Source: an uncultured delta proteobacterium
GTDB lineage: Bacteria > Desulfobacterota > Desulfobacteria > Desulfobacterales > B30-G6
Direction: 5' to 3'
Assembly (NCBI GenBank): GCA_963823335.1
Contig: CAWGLD010000005.1
Location: 434,831 to 498,830 of the forward strand
DNA length: 64,000 nt
Part shown: positions 60,696 through 64,000 of the stretch, one piece after another
Numbering within the stretch: position 1 is the stretch's first letter
How the letters are laid out: each line of letters begins with the position of its first letter
Position numbers and translations under genes: made by a program
Notes under the pieces: generated by a model
What the model was told of the DNA's origin: nothing
The model's input: the letters and a program-made list of their open reading frames with translations, nothing else
The model's database searches: none

Positions 60696-60894
60696 CCTGA
60701 TCGAAGAAACCCAATCATCGCTATCGCGAAGTAACAAAAGAAATGATTGACCCTATGAGTAAAGAAATATCAATTATGCCAGACTTTCCCAATAGAGTGA
60801 ATAATGGATTAAATTGCCCATAGGCATGGTAGTATTTTCTCTGCCATGTCGGCAGAGGAAATGTCTGTGTCAGTCCGTGTGTGTCCGTGGCAAA
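60696..60894. repeat. CACAGAC-unit element (copy k, left end truncated)
   Basis: CCTGATCGAAGAAACCCAATCATCGCTATCGCGAA ... CTCTGCC-ATGTC-GGCAGAG ... GTCCGTGGCAAA. Confidence 0.85.
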
Positions 60895-60928
60895 AGAAAA
60901 CAGCACTTTAAGCTCAACTGAATTATTT

Positions 60929-60997
60929 ATAGCCACAGACCCACACAGACATTATAATTATTTCTTCGATCGACGTGATCGAAGAAAAACAATCATC
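60929..60997. repeat. Left arm only (copy l)
   Basis: ATAGCCACAGACCCACACAGAC..TTTCTTCGATC-GACGT-GATCGAAGAAA. Confidence 0.85.
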
Positions 60998-61061
60998 AAC
61001 AAATAAAAATTATACTGAAAGAATTGCATATTTATCAAAATAGTTCCCATGAAATTATTAA

Positions 61062-61361
61062 ATGAAGAAATTATCACATAAAGAAAAGGACAAGCTACTA
61101 TCAAGAATCTTCTGGGATTTGCATATTAATTCCAATGAAATTAGCAAGATGCTTGACAGGCCGATTGAAGAGATAACAACAAACACTCTTCATATAAATT
61201 TATACCGTCGGCTGCTTACATCCTGTGATTGGTACACATTGATAAAACTAATCCCATTAGAAAAAATAAATGAAATACTTAGCGATTTGATCATCGAAGG
61301 AATCTATCCCAAGGACATTAAAAGAAAATATATATATGCACGGAAATATTTATCGCGATAA
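61062..61361 (+). CDS. Small hypothetical protein, probable antitoxin partner of the AbiEii-like gene
   Basis: LSRIFWD motif; overlaps the start of the nucleotidyltransferase. Confidence 0.6.
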   Translation: MKKLSHKEKDKLLSRIFWDLHINSNEISKMLDRPIEEITTNTLHINLYRRLLTSCDWYTLIKLIPLEKINEILSDLIIEGIYPKDIKRKYIYARKYLSR

Positions 61362-61923
61362 AATATACCCGCTTCAGGATAAAATCTTAAAAGTTTTGGA
61401 AGAATTAGATTTAGATTTTTATCTGACAGGAGGTACAGCTCTCAGCAGATGCTATCTCCAGCATCGATATTCTGATGATCTTGACCTTTTTGTTAACAAC
61501 CTTCCCGCGTTTAAAAACCAATGCAAAAAGAAATGGCCTGTGGACATTACAACGACATCTGATTCATTTTTACGATATTTTATTGAAGCGGGGGGAAACG
61601 TATCTATCAAAATCGACTTTGTAAACGACGTGCCCTTCCATTATGGAAAGATCGAAACATGCTCTATCTTTCACAGGGTCGATAATTGGAGGAATATATT
61701 ATCTAACAAGATATGTGCATTAAGTAGATTGGAAATTAAAGATTTGGTAGACATTATCTATATTTCACAAAAGTATGCGTTTGATTGGGAAAGAATTGTC
61801 AGTGAGGCAAAAGAGAAAGACCTATGGGTTGATCCATTGGAGATATGCCGGATGATCAATGAATTTAATTTAGATCTACTCAGCGATATCAAATGGATAA
61901 AAGAGTTAAGCGGTTCTCTATAA
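61336..61923 (+). CDS. AbiEii/AbiGii-family nucleotidyltransferase, C-terminus displaced by an IS
   Basis: FYLTGGTALSR.YLQHRYSDDLDLF, KIDFV, NKICAL.R..KDLVD; the probable native C-terminus resumes at 63013-63093. Confidence 0.85.
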   Translation: MHGNIYRDKIYPLQDKILKVLEELDLDFYLTGGTALSRCYLQHRYSDDLDLFVNNLPAFKNQCKKKWPVDITTTSDSFLRYFIEAGGNVSIKIDFVNDVPFHYGKIETCSIFHRVDNWRNILSNKICALSRLEIKDLVDIIYISQKYAFDWERIVSEAKEKDLWVDPLEICRMINEFNLDLLSDIKWIKELSGSL

Positions 61924-62920
61924 AGCTCAAGTAACCAGTACGTGTGACCGGATCTGTCACACGGCCATGTTATAACAGCCTCAAACTCAAAAAGGAGGCT
62001 GTCATGACAGATTTTACGATCACCGAAGATTTCCCCAAAAGCGAAATTGAGTTCGATCAACGGTTTTCAGACCCAAAGGCTTGTTACGATTATTTGTTTA
62101 AACAAAAATGGCCCAATGGTTTCATCTGTAAAAAATGCGGCCATTCCAAGTACTGGGTCAGTGCACGCAATCTTTATATTTGTACCCAGTGTGAGCACCA
62201 GCATTCATTGATCGCCGGTACGATTATGGACAGTTCCAAAAAGCCGATCACCTATTGGTTCAAAGCCATGTGGTGGTTCACCACCCGAAAATCAGGGATC
62301 AATGCGGTCAATCTCAAAGAGCTTTTAGGCTTTGGCAGTTACGGCACAGCCTGGTGCTGGCTGCAAAAGCTCAGACGCTGCACCATACGCCAGGATCGTG
62401 AAAAACTATCCGGACGCGTCGAAGTGGATGAATTTTTCATCGGCGGCCAAAGATCCGGCAAAAGAGGCCGCGGTGCTGAGGGCAAAACAATCGTCGCTGT
62501 CGCCGTTGAAAGATGAAACTGGAAAGAGCGAATGGGTCGCATTCGCCTGCATGTCACCTTGGATTGCTCAGCATATTCGTTAGAAACATTCATCCTTGGA
62601 TAATATTGAACCCGGCAGCACCATTGCCACGGATTCATTGGCAAGCTACAGTTTCATTGATAACGGGCCATATGTCCATGAAAAAACGAACCAAAGCAAT
62701 ACCAAGAACTATGAAAATCTATATGGCGTCCACTTGGTGACGTCCCTTGATAAAAAGACTCATCAGAGGAACTTTTCAAGGACGCTTTGAACCGAAATAT
62801 CTTCAAAATTATCTTGATGAGTATGTGTTTTCGTTTCAACCGTAGAAAGTCAAAGAGCATTGGCAAAAAGTTTATGCGTCTTGTTCAACAGGTTGTAAGA
62901 ATCGGCCAAGATTACCAGAT
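61911..62920 (+). mobile_element. IS1595-family element, transposase multiply frameshifted, right end missing
   Basis: From ATG 62004: KWPNGFICKKC..CTQC, VEVDEFFIGG, IATD, YLDEY.FRFNRR in successive frames. Confidence 0.85.
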
Positions 62921-63012
62921 CTATGGGTTGATCCATTGGAGATATTGATCCGGATGATCAATGAATTTAATTTAGAGCTACTCAGCGATATCAAAGGACT
63001 AAAAGAGTTAAG
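62921..63012 (+). repeat. About 90-bp imperfect direct duplicate of 61822-61910
   Basis: CTATGGGTTGATCCATTGGAGATAT...CTACTCAGCGATATCAAA...AAAAGAGTTAAG on both sides of the IS. Confidence 0.9.
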
Positions 63013-63136
63013 TATTAGAGAGATAAAAGAAAAAGCCAGTGTGCTACATGATGATATATTTCGAGGGAATTCCAATTCATTATTTATCGGATAGCAACTG
63101 ATACCTGAAATAATTAAAAACTCAAAATTAAAAATT

Positions 63137-63343
63137 GTGGAGCATCCATTTTTGAGTTTGCATCCAGAACAAATAAAAATATTTAAAACTTTAACCCCTG
63201 GTGAAAATCTGAAAATCGCAAAAAATTTGTATGCTTCGGCAAGGACGCTTAAAATGTCGGTTATACGGCAGCAACACCCGCAATGGAGCGAAGAAGAGGT
63301 CGCTCAGAAAGTGATGGAAATATTTCTATATGCAAGATCATAG
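63137..63343 (+). CDS. Small hypothetical protein, antitoxin-like (type usually upstream of a nucleotidyltransferase)
   Basis: IFKTLTPGE.LKIA..L....IRQQHPQWSEEEV pattern; no partner gene follows. Confidence 0.55.
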   Translation: MEHPFLSLHPEQIKIFKTLTPGENLKIAKNLYASARTLKMSVIRQQHPQWSEEEVAQKVMEIFLYARS

Positions 63344-63376
63344 ACAGCAGGTAATTTGATTAATGTTATTTTTATT

Positions 63377-63654
63377 TTAGCCACAGACCCACACAGACAT
63401 TCACAGACATTTTATTTTTTTCTTCGATCGACTTGATCGAAGAAAACCAATCATCGCTATCGCGAAATAGCCAAATCATTGATTGATCCTATGAGTTCAG
63501 AAATATCAATTACGTCAGAATATTGTTATAGAAATTTAAAAGGATAGAATGCCGAAGGGCATGAGAGTTAATCATCGATCAAGTCGATCGATGATTGTCT
63601 GTGTCAGTCCGTGTACCCCTCAAGGGGGTATTATACAGAATGTGTCCGTGGCAG
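63377..63654. repeat. CACAGAC-unit element (copy m, complete)
   Basis: TTAGCCACAGAC..GACTT-loop hairpin ... AAGTC-loop hairpin..GTCCGTGGCAG. Confidence 0.92.
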
Positions 63655-63710
63655 AAATAAAAATAAACTGAGTGACTCAATAATACAAATAATCACAGAT
63701 TGAGAGAATA

Positions 63711-64000
63711 ATGTTTAGAAACAAAATGTATTACACTTTGAAACCAATCATTCCCAGACGCTTGCAACTCTTCGTCCGCCGTCGCATCGCCGTCTACAAG
63801 GAACAAAAGTACCGGCACATCTGGCCCATCGACCCGAAATCGGCCACACCGCCCAAGAACTGGAAAGGCTGGCCGGATGGCAAAAAATTTGCCCTGGTGC
63901 TCTCCCACGACGTGGACACCCAGAAGGGTCACGACGATGTCCCCAAGCTCATGGACATCGAAGAAAAGATGGGCTTTAGGTCATCCATCAACTTCGTACC
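63711..64000 (+). CDS. Polysaccharide deacetylase-like protein, truncated by the window edge
   Basis: Hand translation: MFRNKMYYTLKPIIPRRLQ...WKGWPDGKKFALVLSHDVDTQKGHD...MGFRSSINFV. Confidence 0.75.
   Translation, partial: MFRNKMYYTLKPIIPRRLQLFVRRRIAVYKEQKYRHIWPIDPKSATPPKNWKGWPDGKKFALVLSHDVDTQKGHDDVPKLMDIEEKMGFRSSINFV

Noticed and set aside
41584-63654. Repeat family as a CRISPR array
   Set aside because: Copies are 250-370 nt, inverted-arm, separated by whole genes; no constant repeat-spacer period and no cas genes.
43510-63654. Repeat family as integron attC sites
   Set aside because: Ends are TTAGCCAC...GTGGCTAA, not RYYYAAC...GTTRRRY; elements are longer than typical attC; no intI in the window.

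Overview
The window looks like a strictly anaerobic Desulfobacterota (Desulfobacterales-like) chromosome; this is inferred from gene content only. Left part (1-27.4 kb), anaerobic aromatic degradation: a complete class II tungsten benzoyl-CoA reductase operon bamBCDEFGHI. Both bamE and bamF contain an in-frame UGA at a conserved Cys position followed by a SECIS-like hairpin, so the ORF track wrongly splits or truncates them. The operon is followed by etfBA, an ETF:menaquinone oxidoreductase-type gene, and a three-gene ATP-dependent class I BCR / 2-hydroxyacyl-CoA dehydratase-family cluster. Middle part (27-37 kb): signalling genes, an S8 protease lipoprotein, and an unassigned promoter-to-terminator sRNA candidate with an NrdR-like box. 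Right part (37.5-64 kb): a sigma54-driven PEP-CTERM/exosortase exopolysaccharide locus (wzc-type, sat-cysC, wza-type, WbpB/D/E-like genes, exosortase, galE) with many frameshifts and IS1595 insertions. The most striking unexplained structure is a family of about 250-370 nt inverted-arm elements (13 whole or partial copies in 22 kb) found in most intergenic gaps of the EPS locus. Their hairpin stems covary while the loops are conserved, and they bracket GxxExxY PD-(D/E)xK-like genes and decaying toxin-antitoxin genes. In parallel, inverted heptamer arrays bracket four-helix-bundle genes. Together these suggest a REP/REPIN-like selfish or cassette system possibly served by small nucleases rather than a RAYT or integrase (inference). 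No rRNA, tRNA or CRISPR array was seen. No searches were run; product calls rest on recognised motifs.
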